A stretch of 64,000 nucleotides of DNA from Sphingobacteriia bacterium (GTDB lineage Bacteria > Bacteroidota > Bacteroidia > Bacteroidales > UBA7960). The translations under genes were made by a program, and so were the position numbers. The notes below the pieces were generated by a model, which worked only from the letters and a program-made list of their open reading frames with translations, ran no database searches and was not told where the DNA came from. The stretch spans positions 8,258-72,257 of the forward strand of contig JAABRR010000008.1 of assembly GCA_011390785.1 (NCBI GenBank), read 5' to 3'. Positions 1 through 9,627 of this stretch are shown one piece after another; positions within the stretch are counted from its first letter, which is position 1, and every line of letters starts with the position of its first letter.

Positions 1-974
1 TCACGGTTCTCCTGTATATAGGAGTGTTGCAGACCATTTTCCAATCCCCTATATTCGCCCTGGCTATTGGGCGCAAAGAATATTTCCATTCGGGGGTCAT
101 TCAATTCAGTACAAATAACATACATGGTCTTGCTCATGCGCACTTCGTTCCAAACGGCCACGAAGGTGAGTGGATTTTTCACATGATATGTAGGACCTGT
201 TGGATCTGGCAGGATGCGTGCCATATGATTACTACTGGTCATCGTCAACTCTGTATTCATACTTTGCAGGAATGGCTTGATCTGGGTGTCAAATACTGTT
301 GTATTGGAAGCTCTGAGAGCCAGCCGCAACATCATGGTGTTGGCAAAACGCTTCCAGTGGTCCAGGTTACCGCTGTATAAAATATCCGATTGTCCAAATC
401 CTTCAATACCCGCAATATTCTCGTTTGCTTCGATTTGATCAATAGCCGACTTTAGCTCAGAAAGCATAAACAGGTAAATATCTTTTTGTGTATCAAATTC
501 CGGACGAATATTTTCAAAAGCCTGGGATACGGGCATATCCCCATACATATCAGTAACCTGCTGTATCAGATATACATTCCAGATACGGGCAACAGCTTCC
601 TTGATGGGGTTGTCGAGCTCACGTGCCAGTTTTATTACATGGTAGTTGTAAGTCAATGAAGCAAAATTGGGCGTATTATAGTACCAATTCCAGGGGATAT
701 TCCAGGCGCGTGGTTCATAGTTATCGGATGTAAAATTGGCACCTACCTGTATATTGGCAAAATGCTGCGCATATACCGAGCCAGATATTTGATGCATCCA
801 TTGCCATACACCAGCGCTAATACCTGAACCTGTTACCAGAGTTCGGGTAAAAAGAGCATCAGGTTCAATGAAATTGCTGGTGGTTTTTGGCCGGTCGAGC
901 TCCTCAAAATCTTTTGTGCAACCAAGTATAAGAAACAAGGCAGCTATTGAAATATATTTTATTATTCGGATCAT
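1..974 (-). CDS. SusD/RagB-family nutrient-binding outer-membrane lipoprotein, partial (C-terminus beyond left window edge); 5' end frame-disrupted as sequenced
   Basis: Minus-strand frame of ATG 972-974 (19 nt after the susC stop) is open from about 944 to position 1, reading ..LDRPKTTSNFIEPDALFTRTLVTGSGISAGVWQWMHQ...GEYRGLENGLQHSYIQENR. It lies directly downstream of a SusC gene. Absent from the ORF track because it has no stop in the window. The lipoprotein signal KYISIAALFLILGC is present but in a shifted frame (see findings). Confidence 0.75.
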   Translation of the reverse strand, partial: MIRIIKYISIAALFLILGCTKDFEELDRPKTTSNFIEPDALFTRTLVTGSGISAGVWQWMHQISGSVYAQHFANIQVGANFTSDNYEPRAWNIPWNWYYNTPNFASLTYNYHVIKLARELDNPIKEAVARIWNVYLIQQVTDMYGDMPVSQAFENIRPEFDTQKDIYLFMLSELKSAIDQIEANENIAGIEGFGQSDILYSGNLDHWKRFANTMMLRLALRASNTTVFDTQIKPFLQSMNTELTMTSSNHMARILPDPTGPTYHVKNPLTFVAVWNEVRMSKTMYVICTELNDPRMEIFFAPNSQGEYRGLENGLQHSYIQENR

Positions 975-992
975 ATTGCTTTGCTTTATTTG

Positions 993-3900
993 TTATAAAC
1001 TAACTTTCAGATTTACGCCGAAGGTTCTCATTTCAGGATATCCATAAAGTTCAAAACCACCATTGTTTCCTGTACCAAAAGAAGATTCAGGAGAAATGTT
1101 TTCGGTATTAAGCATCAGGTAGAAAAGGTTGTTGGCAAATACCGACAGCGAAATATCCTGGAAAGGAGTGTTTCTCAGAACAGAGCCTCTAAAGCTATAT
1201 CCGGCAGATAATTGCCGAAAGCGTATAAATGATGCGTCATACACAAAAGCTTCATGGATTCGCGATGCGGCTTCCCAATATCTTTGTGGATCAACATAAT
1301 AATCTCCTTCTTCTGTATCTCCGGGTCTTACCCCGGTAACTTTGTGACCCAGGTTAAAATCTCCGGGCCTTATATTCGGATCTGTTGAAGCCAGTTCAAC
1401 AGCACGATACCAATCATCACGGTCAATGGCTGTAAAACCAAGCGTACCTCTTTCAGCACCCACCATATTTGTAACACTAAAAATTTCGTGCCCAAGCTTA
1501 GAGTCGATCTGGAAACCAATTTGGAAATTCCTTATACTGAAGCTTGAGTTGAAGCCCCATAAATAATCGGGAGTAGCATTTCCGATTACCCGATCAATAT
1601 CAAAAGCTCCGGCTTCGTTAAGAGCTCGTTGGGGTAGGTTTTCTTCTGTTAGAAGCAAACGGCCCTGATCATCCCGGGCAAAGGCAGTTCCGAGTATCAC
1701 ACCGGCTGGTTGCCCGAGCATGGCAGCAATTCTCACACCCGAATCGCCCAAAACAGCAGCCTGAATAATCCGGTCTATATCATCGCTGATCTCTTCCACC
1801 TTGCTCCATTGGCGTGTAAAATTAACGCTGGTACTCCACGAGAAGTTTCGGTTTTCAATAATCCGGTAGCTGGTAAACAGCTCAATACCGGTATTATTCA
1901 CAAAGCCGGAATTGATAAAACCTCCTGCAAACCCAGATGATGGGGCCAGCGGATTGCGAAATATCTGATCACGGGTACCGGTTTGGTAAACGGCCAGATC
2001 AGTGCGTAGCCTGCTACCGAACATGATTAATTCAAAACCGGCCTCCTGACTAATGGTATATTCGGCACGCAGGTCAGGCTCAGGCCTATCGGAATTGAAG
2101 AAACCATAAGGCAAACCCAGATATTGGGTGGGGCTGGTACCATATTGGAAGTAGCGTTGTCCGGAAATGTTGCCGCCTGAACCAACACCTGCCCATGATG
2201 CCCTTAATTTCAACATATCAATGTTTTGCGGCAATTCGAAGGTTTCTTCCAGAAGCCAGCTGGCACTAACCGATGGGTATTGATACGACCAGTTTTCTGG
2301 AGAAAGAACCGATGTCCAGTCGTTGCGGAAGGTAACATCCATAAAAACCATGCGTCGGTAATCCATGCTTATCATTCCGTAAAGCGAGTGGATTCGCCTG
2401 TCTGAAATTCCATTCCCGGTTTGGGGGTTTTCAAAATTCTGAATTACGTAAGGCCCTACAGGGTTAATCAGTCCGCTTTCAGATGATGCTGATAGTCCAC
2501 GATATCGATACTGCATTATGTTGCCACCAAAAGAACCCCGCAAAGTAAAATTGTTCCAGGTTTGGCCGGTATTTAAAAGAAAATCGTAATTACCTTCTGT
2601 AATTTCGAGTCGGTTCCAGTTTCCGGTGGCCAGGCCATCGAGTTTGTAATACGTTTTGTTGGCCACAATCCGCTCACGCTCGTCATTGTATTGATCAAGA
2701 CCCGCTTTTACAGTAAGATCAAGGTCAAAGTTCAGATTGATCATTTCGCGAAAATCGAGTCTCAGGCTGGCAAAACCCAGCAATCGGTTTCTTTTATCGC
2801 GGTTGGTGTTGAGTTCTGTTGCCCAATAGGGATTCTGGATTAATGGAGAGGTTGCATAGGTCGGATTGCCCACGTTTGAGATGGTACCATCTTCATTCAC
2901 AGAATACAGGCTGTTCCAAACAATGGCGTTGCCGCTAACAGTCCGGAACGGGTTTAGTTGGTCCAATGTAACCGATGTTGGCATATTGGTAAATATATAT
3001 ACCGGGTTATCCGGAGATCCACCCAATACCGGTCTGTTGCTAACTTCCTGCGTAATGTAGTTGGCGCGGGCATCCAGGGTGAGATATTCTGCCAATTTTG
3101 TGTCATACCTTAGGTTGAATGATTTCTTGTTGATTTCGTTGGTCCGAATCATTCCATTGTTCTGGTTCCAGGAGGCAGAGAAGAGAACACCGGTTGTTTC
3201 AGTTCTTTTATCAAGCGAGAGCGATTGGTCAATAGATGTTGCATTGCGAAAGAATTCGCTGTATGGGTGATCAGAAGAAGGATTTAGGGTTACAGATTGA
3301 CCCAGAAAATTAGTAACCTGCTGATCATTCATAGCCGGACCCCAGCTATTATTGCCCAGTTGAACGAAATTACCTCCTGATCCCTGTGCATATTTGGTCT
3401 GAAAATCAGGATAAATAAGGGGGGTAGACGAAGAAACCAGAGCTTGGTAAGTAATGCCTATACCTTCCCTCTTAGTTCCGCCACGAGTGGTAATCATAAT
3501 AACCCCGTTTTGGCCGCGGGCACCGTAAAGAGCAGATGCGGCTCCCCCTTTCAGTACCGAAATTGATTCTACATCATCCAAATTGATATTGTTGATGGCA
3601 TTACCATAGTCGAAACCACCAAACAGACCACCTGATGAGCCGCCAGAATTGTCGATGGGGACACCATCCACCACAAAGAGTGGATCATTATTGCCTGTAA
3701 GAGAGTTGGCCCCACGAATAAGGATACGCGACGAACCACCGGCACCACTGCCCGATTCGCCAATCTGCAAACCAGCTACCTGCCCCACAAGTCCTGACAA
3801 TGGGTTGATGCGGTTAGCATTGGAGAGAGCTTCTCCTTCCACTTGTTGAACCGAATAGCCCAAAGCTTTTGCTTCACGCTTAATGCCCAGCGCGGTAACT

Positions 3901-4217
3901 ACAACTTCCTGCAGCTGCTCAATAGTGGGCATCAGCGTAACTTCGATAAACTCTAACCCTTCTATATTTACCCTTTGAGGCACAAAGCCAATGAAGGAAA
4001 CTTTTACCACATCCTGATTATCAGGTACCTCAAGGCTAAAATTACCATCAATATCCGTTGTAACACCGGTAGTGGTAGCGGGGATTACGATACTGGCTCC
4101 CGGTAGTGTATTTCCGTCGTTATCGAACACCCGTCCGGAAATTGTTTTTTGTGCTAACCCTTGTAGGGAAAACAACACCATAAAAATAATGAGCAGCGTG
4201 CTTTTTCTTGATTCCAT
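993..4217 (-). CDS. SusC/RagA-family TonB-dependent outer-membrane receptor
   Basis: 1074-aa ORF with a signal peptide, an N-terminal carboxypeptidase-regulatory-like domain (ISGRVFDNDGNTLPGASIVI), the SusC-type plug motif EVVVTALGIKREAKALGYSV and a long beta-barrel. Followed by a SusD-like gene. Confidence 0.93.
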   Translation of the reverse strand: MESRKSTLLIIFMVLFSLQGLAQKTISGRVFDNDGNTLPGASIVIPATTTGVTTDIDGNFSLEVPDNQDVVKVSFIGFVPQRVNIEGLEFIEVTLMPTIEQLQEVVVTALGIKREAKALGYSVQQVEGEALSNANRINPLSGLVGQVAGLQIGESGSGAGGSSRILIRGANSLTGNNDPLFVVDGVPIDNSGGSSGGLFGGFDYGNAINNINLDDVESISVLKGGAASALYGARGQNGVIMITTRGGTKREGIGITYQALVSSSTPLIYPDFQTKYAQGSGGNFVQLGNNSWGPAMNDQQVTNFLGQSVTLNPSSDHPYSEFFRNATSIDQSLSLDKRTETTGVLFSASWNQNNGMIRTNEINKKSFNLRYDTKLAEYLTLDARANYITQEVSNRPVLGGSPDNPVYIFTNMPTSVTLDQLNPFRTVSGNAIVWNSLYSVNEDGTISNVGNPTYATSPLIQNPYWATELNTNRDKRNRLLGFASLRLDFREMINLNFDLDLTVKAGLDQYNDERERIVANKTYYKLDGLATGNWNRLEITEGNYDFLLNTGQTWNNFTLRGSFGGNIMQYRYRGLSASSESGLINPVGPYVIQNFENPQTGNGISDRRIHSLYGMISMDYRRMVFMDVTFRNDWTSVLSPENWSYQYPSVSASWLLEETFELPQNIDMLKLRASWAGVGSGGNISGQRYFQYGTSPTQYLGLPYGFFNSDRPEPDLRAEYTISQEAGFELIMFGSRLRTDLAVYQTGTRDQIFRNPLAPSSGFAGGFINSGFVNNTGIELFTSYRIIENRNFSWSTSVNFTRQWSKVEEISDDIDRIIQAAVLGDSGVRIAAMLGQPAGVILGTAFARDDQGRLLLTEENLPQRALNEAGAFDIDRVIGNATPDYLWGFNSSFSIRNFQIGFQIDSKLGHEIFSVTNMVGAERGTLGFTAIDRDDWYRAVELASTDPNIRPGDFNLGHKVTGVRPGDTEEGDYYVDPQRYWEAASRIHEAFVYDASFIRFRQLSAGYSFRGSVLRNTPFQDISLSVFANNLFYLMLNTENISPESSFGTGNNGGFELYGYPEMRTFGVNLKVSL

Positions 4218-4290
4218 ATATTTTAAAAAAGGAATTAATGTTACTTTGATCGGCTCGGCAGGAAATCCAGGTTTTACCAGTTGAACTGAT

Positions 4291-5511
4291 CTAATTTTTT
4301 ATTAGTTCGAAATATTCAAAAACCAGAGCGCCGGCACCTTTCAGTCCACCCAGATCGCCCAGTTCAGAAAATTCAATTTTGCAATCTTCCATTGGGTGTA
4401 CCAAAGCAGAACTTGTTATACCGGTTTTTACCGGATCGAGCAACAGGGTACGGAGTTTGGAAAATTTTCCGCCAATAATTATGAGTTCGGGATTGAGGAG
4501 ATTAACAATATTGCCCAGTGCATGCCCAAGTTTGTAACCCATATCCTGTATAAGGTCAATAGAGAGCTCATCACCCTTAAGGGCAGATATGAGGATATCG
4601 TCATACCTCACAGATGAACCATCTTCAGGAATATGTACCATGGTTTTTTCTCCTATGGCTACTTTTTCCATAAATATCTCTTCTAAAGCATTGCCTCCTA
4701 CATCATTTCCCAAACAGCCCTTTTTACCACACAAACACATTTTTTCGCGTTTGCCAAACTGCATATGTCCCAATTCTCCGGCGAAGCCCATTCCACCGTT
4801 TACAATTTTATTATCAATAACAAGGCAGGTGCCCAGGCCACGGCTTAAGTTGATTACAATAGCATGATTCACATTCTTTGCCTTCCCTACAATTTTTTCG
4901 GCCATACCAAAGCAACGGGTGTCATTGTTTAAAAATACGGGGATATCAAAGAACTTGGACAGATGTTGTGCAAGTGGTTGATCAAGAAAATTAAAAAAAG
5001 TAAGACTTTCGCCTGTTTCATGTTTTACTCTGCCAGTAATACCCATACCCATTCCAAGGATACTCTCCTCCCCTACGCCTGAATTATCAAGACATTCCAG
5101 AATAAAACCTTCAACTTTTTGCAAACAATCTGCCGTATCTTCAAGAACAAAATCTGTCTTTTGCCGGTAATAAACAGTATTCAATCGCGAGTCAATAATT
5201 CCTACGGTAATTCTTTTCATTAAAATTTCTACACTAAGAGCATAAAAATTAACGTTCTTAAGCGCATAAATGGCCGGTTTTCTACCATTTTGAGTCTCCT
5301 TCTTTCCTATAATAGAAAGAAATCCTTCCGATTGCAACTCATTAACCAGCTTAATTCCTGTAGGAGCACTAATTTTCAACTCTTTACAAATATCAGGGAC
5401 AGTGATTCCATACCCGTTTTGCGATATAACCTGGATAATTCTTAGCTTTTGCTGCATTAGACGGGTTTCGTTGGTTATCTCGGTAAAATTACTTTTAAAA
5501 ATGGCCTTCAT
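4291..5511 (-). CDS. ROK-family transcriptional regulator (NagC/XylR-like)
   Basis: 406 aa. N-terminal winged HTH (ITVPDICKELKISAPTGIKLVNELQSEGFL) plus a ROK sugar-kinase fold with an intact signature GFAGELGHMQFGKREKMCLCGKKGCLG. Lies 73 nt upstream of susC and is co-oriented with it. Confidence 0.85.
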   Translation of the reverse strand: MKAIFKSNFTEITNETRLMQQKLRIIQVISQNGYGITVPDICKELKISAPTGIKLVNELQSEGFLSIIGKKETQNGRKPAIYALKNVNFYALSVEILMKRITVGIIDSRLNTVYYRQKTDFVLEDTADCLQKVEGFILECLDNSGVGEESILGMGMGITGRVKHETGESLTFFNFLDQPLAQHLSKFFDIPVFLNNDTRCFGMAEKIVGKAKNVNHAIVINLSRGLGTCLVIDNKIVNGGMGFAGELGHMQFGKREKMCLCGKKGCLGNDVGGNALEEIFMEKVAIGEKTMVHIPEDGSSVRYDDILISALKGDELSIDLIQDMGYKLGHALGNIVNLLNPELIIIGGKFSKLRTLLLDPVKTGITSSALVHPMEDCKIEFSELGDLGGLKGAGALVFEYFELIKN

Positions 5512-5585
5512 CAGTTTTCCTTTCGTTTTTAACCATGCAATCGTTTTCTAATAATCTACAAGTTTATTAAACTTTTAAATAATAT

Positions 5586-5593
5586 CAAAGCTA
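5586..5593 (-). promoter_or_regulatory. Bacteroidota -7 promoter box (TAnnTTTG) for the ROK regulator-susC-susD unit
   Basis: Minus-strand tagctttg, about 75 nt upstream of ATG 5511. Confidence 0.35.
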
Positions 5594-5830
5594 TTTTTAA
5601 TAATTTTAATTAATAAGAACAAAGCATATTTAACACCTTGTTGGTCAATAATTCATGGTTAATCAATTATTTCGGGTATCAAATTATTAGACTGACTTTT
5701 TAAATTCAAGACTTCCAGAAAATAAATATCAACAGTTATCCCATCCTTATGGTAGTAGAAATCTTTATGAATTATCAATTCCTAAGACTGGTTTTCTGAA
5801 AAAAAACATCAGGTATCCGTAAAATTATTT

Positions 5831-5838
5831 TATATTTG
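5831..5838 (+). promoter_or_regulatory. -7 promoter box for the ROK-like/M1 peptidase unit
   Basis: tatatttg, about 22 nt upstream of ATG 5861. Confidence 0.4.
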
Positions 5839-5860
5839 TTCACTCAATGAATAAACAAAT

Positions 5861-7003
5861 ATGCTGGAACTTAAAGAACGTAGTCATAAAAGGGTTTTTT
5901 CTCTGATCAGAGCACAAGGAAATGTATCCGGAGCCTTGCTTTCAAAGCAAACTGAAATGCAGCCATCTTCGCTGGTGTATATACTTCGTCATTTAAAAGA
6001 CAAAAACCTTATCAGGATAAGCGGATTGGGGTCGTCAACACAAAAGGGGGGTAAACGACCCGTATTATGGGAAGTTAACCCATCTTATGGGAACATTATA
6101 GGCCTTGAAGTAATGCGGCATGCAATACGAGGAGTAATGGTTAACATTGCCGGCGAAGTACTTTTAAAAGTAGAAAAGGAGTTTAAACCCGGCCGTACCG
6201 AAAAAAATATTTCACGCATAATCAATACAATCAAGGAAATTATTGATGAGTCGGGTCATTCTTTGGAAAAGCTTCTGTATATTTCACTGGCAATACCTGG
6301 GGTTGTTGAACCCGCCAGCCATAAAGTAATCCACTCTTTTGGCCTGAAAATGAATGACTTTGATTTAAAAACACATATAGAAGATCATTTTAAAGTACCC
6401 ATTGGAATTATTAATGATGCCAATGCTGGCGCACTGGGTGAGCAATGGTTCAACCAGGATGGGGATATGATCAATAACATATTGTATATTATGTATAACC
6501 CATTGGTTGGAGGTATGGGGTTAGGAGTAGTTATCAATCAAAAGCTATATACAGGCTCCAATGGTATTGCCGGTGAATTGTTTTCCCGAATCCCATCTCT
6601 GGAACAGATAATTAATGAGATACGTGAAAACCAGCCCGATATAGAAGGTTTAAGTCAAGGAACAAAAGACCCGGTAGAAATGCAAATTGCTGATCTCTAT
6701 AATTATTCCAGGAAAGGGTGTGAATTAAGTAAAACAGTTCTTAAAAAGCTTAGCGGATTGGTTGCCAAAGAGATTAGCAAAATAACAGGATTATTTGATC
6801 CGGAAAGGATTACGCTTGGTGGCGATCTGAGCATTTGTGAAAATCTTTGCTGCGATGAAATTATAGCTTCTCTTGATAATCTGATGGAAAAGTATTATCC
6901 TTTCCCTATACGTATTCCTCAGATTCAATATGCACGCTCCAAGGTTTTTTCTGCCGCAATTGGGGCAACAGCTCTATATCTTTCTGATGAATTAAGTTTG
7001 TAA
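5861..7003 (+). CDS. ROK-family-like regulator, divergent paralogue lacking the Zn-binding cysteine motif
   Basis: 380 aa. N-terminal wHTH-like segment (VSGALLSKQTEMQPSSLVYILRHLKDKNLI) and ROK-like glycine-rich segments (IINDANAGALGE, GSNGIAGEL), but no GH...CxCGxxGC motif. Confidence 0.7.
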   Translation: MLELKERSHKRVFSLIRAQGNVSGALLSKQTEMQPSSLVYILRHLKDKNLIRISGLGSSTQKGGKRPVLWEVNPSYGNIIGLEVMRHAIRGVMVNIAGEVLLKVEKEFKPGRTEKNISRIINTIKEIIDESGHSLEKLLYISLAIPGVVEPASHKVIHSFGLKMNDFDLKTHIEDHFKVPIGIINDANAGALGEQWFNQDGDMINNILYIMYNPLVGGMGLGVVINQKLYTGSNGIAGELFSRIPSLEQIINEIRENQPDIEGLSQGTKDPVEMQIADLYNYSRKGCELSKTVLKKLSGLVAKEISKITGLFDPERITLGGDLSICENLCCDEIIASLDNLMEKYYPFPIRIPQIQYARSKVFSAAIGATALYLSDELSL

Positions 7004-7020
7004 TATTTTTCCTTTACCCA

Positions 7021-9612
7021 ATGACCCATTCAAGTAAACTAACCTATATTTCCCTAATTATTATGGCATTAAGCATAACCTTCATGCCAGGGTGCAATCG
7101 TTCTACCCGATCTTTTTTTCAGGAAGGAGTTTCGGCAGAACTGGCCCGGTATCGCTTCAAACAGATCTATGATGTATCTTATCAACTGCATTTTACCATT
7201 CCTGAAAAAAAAAGTGAACCAATTACAGGAAACACCATTATTAATTTCAAGCCGCTAAAGGCAAGACATGGAGTAATTCTCGACTTCACCCCGGGAGAAA
7301 AATTTGTTCATAAAATCAGCGTTAACAACGATTCTACCTTTTACAGTATTATGAACGGGCATATTTATATTGATGCCAATGAGCTGATTCCCCGTCAAAA
7401 TAACACAATTGAAATTAGTTTTACTGCCTCAGACCAGTCGTTGAACCGATCCGATGATTTTCTTTATTCGCTATTTGTCCCCGATCGGGCATCTACTGCC
7501 TTTCCCTGTTTTGATCAGCCCGATATTAAGGCAGAATTTATTCTCAGTCTTGATATCCCGGAAACCTGGAGTGCACTCAGCAATGGTAAACAGGAAAAAC
7601 AGCAAACCAGGGAGAATACAAAAACCCTTTATTTTGCTGGCGATAAACCCATCAGCACCTATTTGTTTGCTTTTGCAGCCGGCAGGTTTGACACCCTTAG
7701 CCAAACGAGAAATGGAAGAACCATCGACATGTATCACAGGGAAACTGATAAACAGAAACTTAACAACAATGCCCAAAGCATTTTTCAGCAACATTTTGAT
7801 GCATTGGAATGGCTGGAGGAATATACTGGGATAGCTTATCCCTATAATAAATTTGACATTGCCGTATTGCCGGGATTTCAGTATAGTGGTATGGAACACC
7901 CTGGTGCTATCTGGTATCGAGACACACGGGTTCTTCTTCCTGATAATGCCCCACTTTCGTCAATTATAAGTAAAGCTAATTTAATAGCTCATGAAACAGC
8001 GCATATGTGGTTTGGCAACCTGGTTACGATGAAATGGTTCGACGATGTTTGGTTGAAAGAAGTATTTGCCGGATTTATGGCCGATAAAATTGTGGCAGAA
8101 CAATTTCCCGATCACAATCACGATCTGCAGTTCATCCTTTCTCATTATCCCAAAGCAATGGCCATTGACAGAAGCCAGGGAACCCACCCCATAAAACAGG
8201 AACTCAGCAATATGAAATTGGCCGGAACTTTATACGGAGCCATCATATACAACAAGGCACCCATTGTTTTTCAGCAACTGGAAGAAATTATGGAGCCGCC
8301 CAACTTCAGGGCGGCTGTTCAGGAATATCTGAGAACATTCTCTCACGGAAATGCTGACTGGAACGACCTGGTAACAATTTTTGACAAGCATAGTGATTCT
8401 GATATTTCCCGGTGGAGCAATGCCTGGGTATATGGGAAAGGAATGCCAAATATCGTTCACAGCGCCGATGAAAAACCCAACACGATTATTTTGCAACAAA
8501 CCAACAGCAACATAAGCGATGATTTCACGGTGCAGCTCCTGGGCTTGTTGAATAAAACCGAAGAATCAGATCAGCAACAAAATATCTGGTTTAACAAGAA
8601 TTCCGTTCATGTAAACAATATTAACCTAAAAAGCAACGAACAACTAATTTTACCCAACGGCACCGGAATGGGTTATGGATATTTTGCATTTTCGCCATCA
8701 GACAAGGATTTCATAAAAAAACATGTGACGAAAAATAATTCCCTCACTCTACTATTTCCAGATAAAACAACCCGGGCACAGTTTTACATCAATATGTTTG
8801 AAAACTTTTTGAATGCGAATATCGATGAACGCATTTTCGCAGGTTTTTTATTTTCTGCACTCGAATCAGAAGACCATCAACCGCTGATCAATTACCTGCT
8901 AAGCATATCAGGAACATGGGCCTTACGCTTTCCTGCCTATGAACAAAGCCCTGATCTTCAACAACAACTTGACGATTTGTTATGGAAAAAAATAACAGAG
9001 GCCCCGACAGAAATTGCAGAGACATATTTGGAAAGCTGGATGACCCTTACGCGCCAACCCGCATCTTACGAAAAAATGGTTAATCTATACGAAGGCACTA
9101 TTAATATCCCCAACCTATCCATCAGCGATGATAATCTTACACAACTGGCTCTTGAAGCAGTAGTGCGTTTTCCTGAAAGAAGCAACCTGATTGACCAGGA
9201 GCTGAAAAGGATTGATAACCCCGACCGATTGCGACGGCTTAAATTTTTAATACCTGCCGCATCTTCTGACCCTTTAGAAAGAGATAAATTTTTTGAACAA
9301 TTGAAAAGAGCTGAAAATCGCCGGCCTGAGCCATGGGTGCTTGATGCACTCTATTATCTTCACCATCCGGCCCATCCGCAACAGGGTATAAAATATGTAG
9401 AAGAGAGTTTAAATCTTTTGGAGGAGATTCAGAAAACCGGAGATATATTCTTTCCATTAAACTGGTTGGCAGCAACTTTTCAGCAATATCATGATGTGGA
9501 AATTGTTGCCATGACAGAAAAGTACCTGCAAAATTACCCGCAACTGCCCGAAAACCTGAAACGAAAGGTTTTGCAGGCAGCTGATATAAATTTTCGAACC
9601 GCCGGGAAATAA
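7021..9612 (+). CDS. M1-family zinc aminopeptidase, predicted lipoprotein
   Basis: 863 aa. HEXXH-X18-E zinc site (HETAHMWFGNLVTMKWFDDVWLKE), GxMEN-like exopeptidase motif (YSGMEHPG) and lipobox FMPGC. Starts 17 nt after the ROK-like gene. Confidence 0.88.
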   Translation: MTHSSKLTYISLIIMALSITFMPGCNRSTRSFFQEGVSAELARYRFKQIYDVSYQLHFTIPEKKSEPITGNTIINFKPLKARHGVILDFTPGEKFVHKISVNNDSTFYSIMNGHIYIDANELIPRQNNTIEISFTASDQSLNRSDDFLYSLFVPDRASTAFPCFDQPDIKAEFILSLDIPETWSALSNGKQEKQQTRENTKTLYFAGDKPISTYLFAFAAGRFDTLSQTRNGRTIDMYHRETDKQKLNNNAQSIFQQHFDALEWLEEYTGIAYPYNKFDIAVLPGFQYSGMEHPGAIWYRDTRVLLPDNAPLSSIISKANLIAHETAHMWFGNLVTMKWFDDVWLKEVFAGFMADKIVAEQFPDHNHDLQFILSHYPKAMAIDRSQGTHPIKQELSNMKLAGTLYGAIIYNKAPIVFQQLEEIMEPPNFRAAVQEYLRTFSHGNADWNDLVTIFDKHSDSDISRWSNAWVYGKGMPNIVHSADEKPNTIILQQTNSNISDDFTVQLLGLLNKTEESDQQQNIWFNKNSVHVNNINLKSNEQLILPNGTGMGYGYFAFSPSDKDFIKKHVTKNNSLTLLFPDKTTRAQFYINMFENFLNANIDERIFAGFLFSALESEDHQPLINYLLSISGTWALRFPAYEQSPDLQQQLDDLLWKKITEAPTEIAETYLESWMTLTRQPASYEKMVNLYEGTINIPNLSISDDNLTQLALEAVVRFPERSNLIDQELKRIDNPDRLRRLKFLIPAASSDPLERDKFFEQLKRAENRRPEPWVLDALYYLHHPAHPQQGIKYVEESLNLLEEIQKTGDIFFPLNWLAATFQQYHDVEIVAMTEKYLQNYPQLPENLKRKVLQAADINFRTAGK

Positions 9613-9627
9613 CTGTTATTATAATAT

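Noticed and set aside
24-380. 118-aa + strand ORF at the left edge
   Set aside because: It lies entirely antisense to the open SusD-like reading frame. It has no recognisable motifs, whereas the minus-strand translation is coherent SusD-like sequence.
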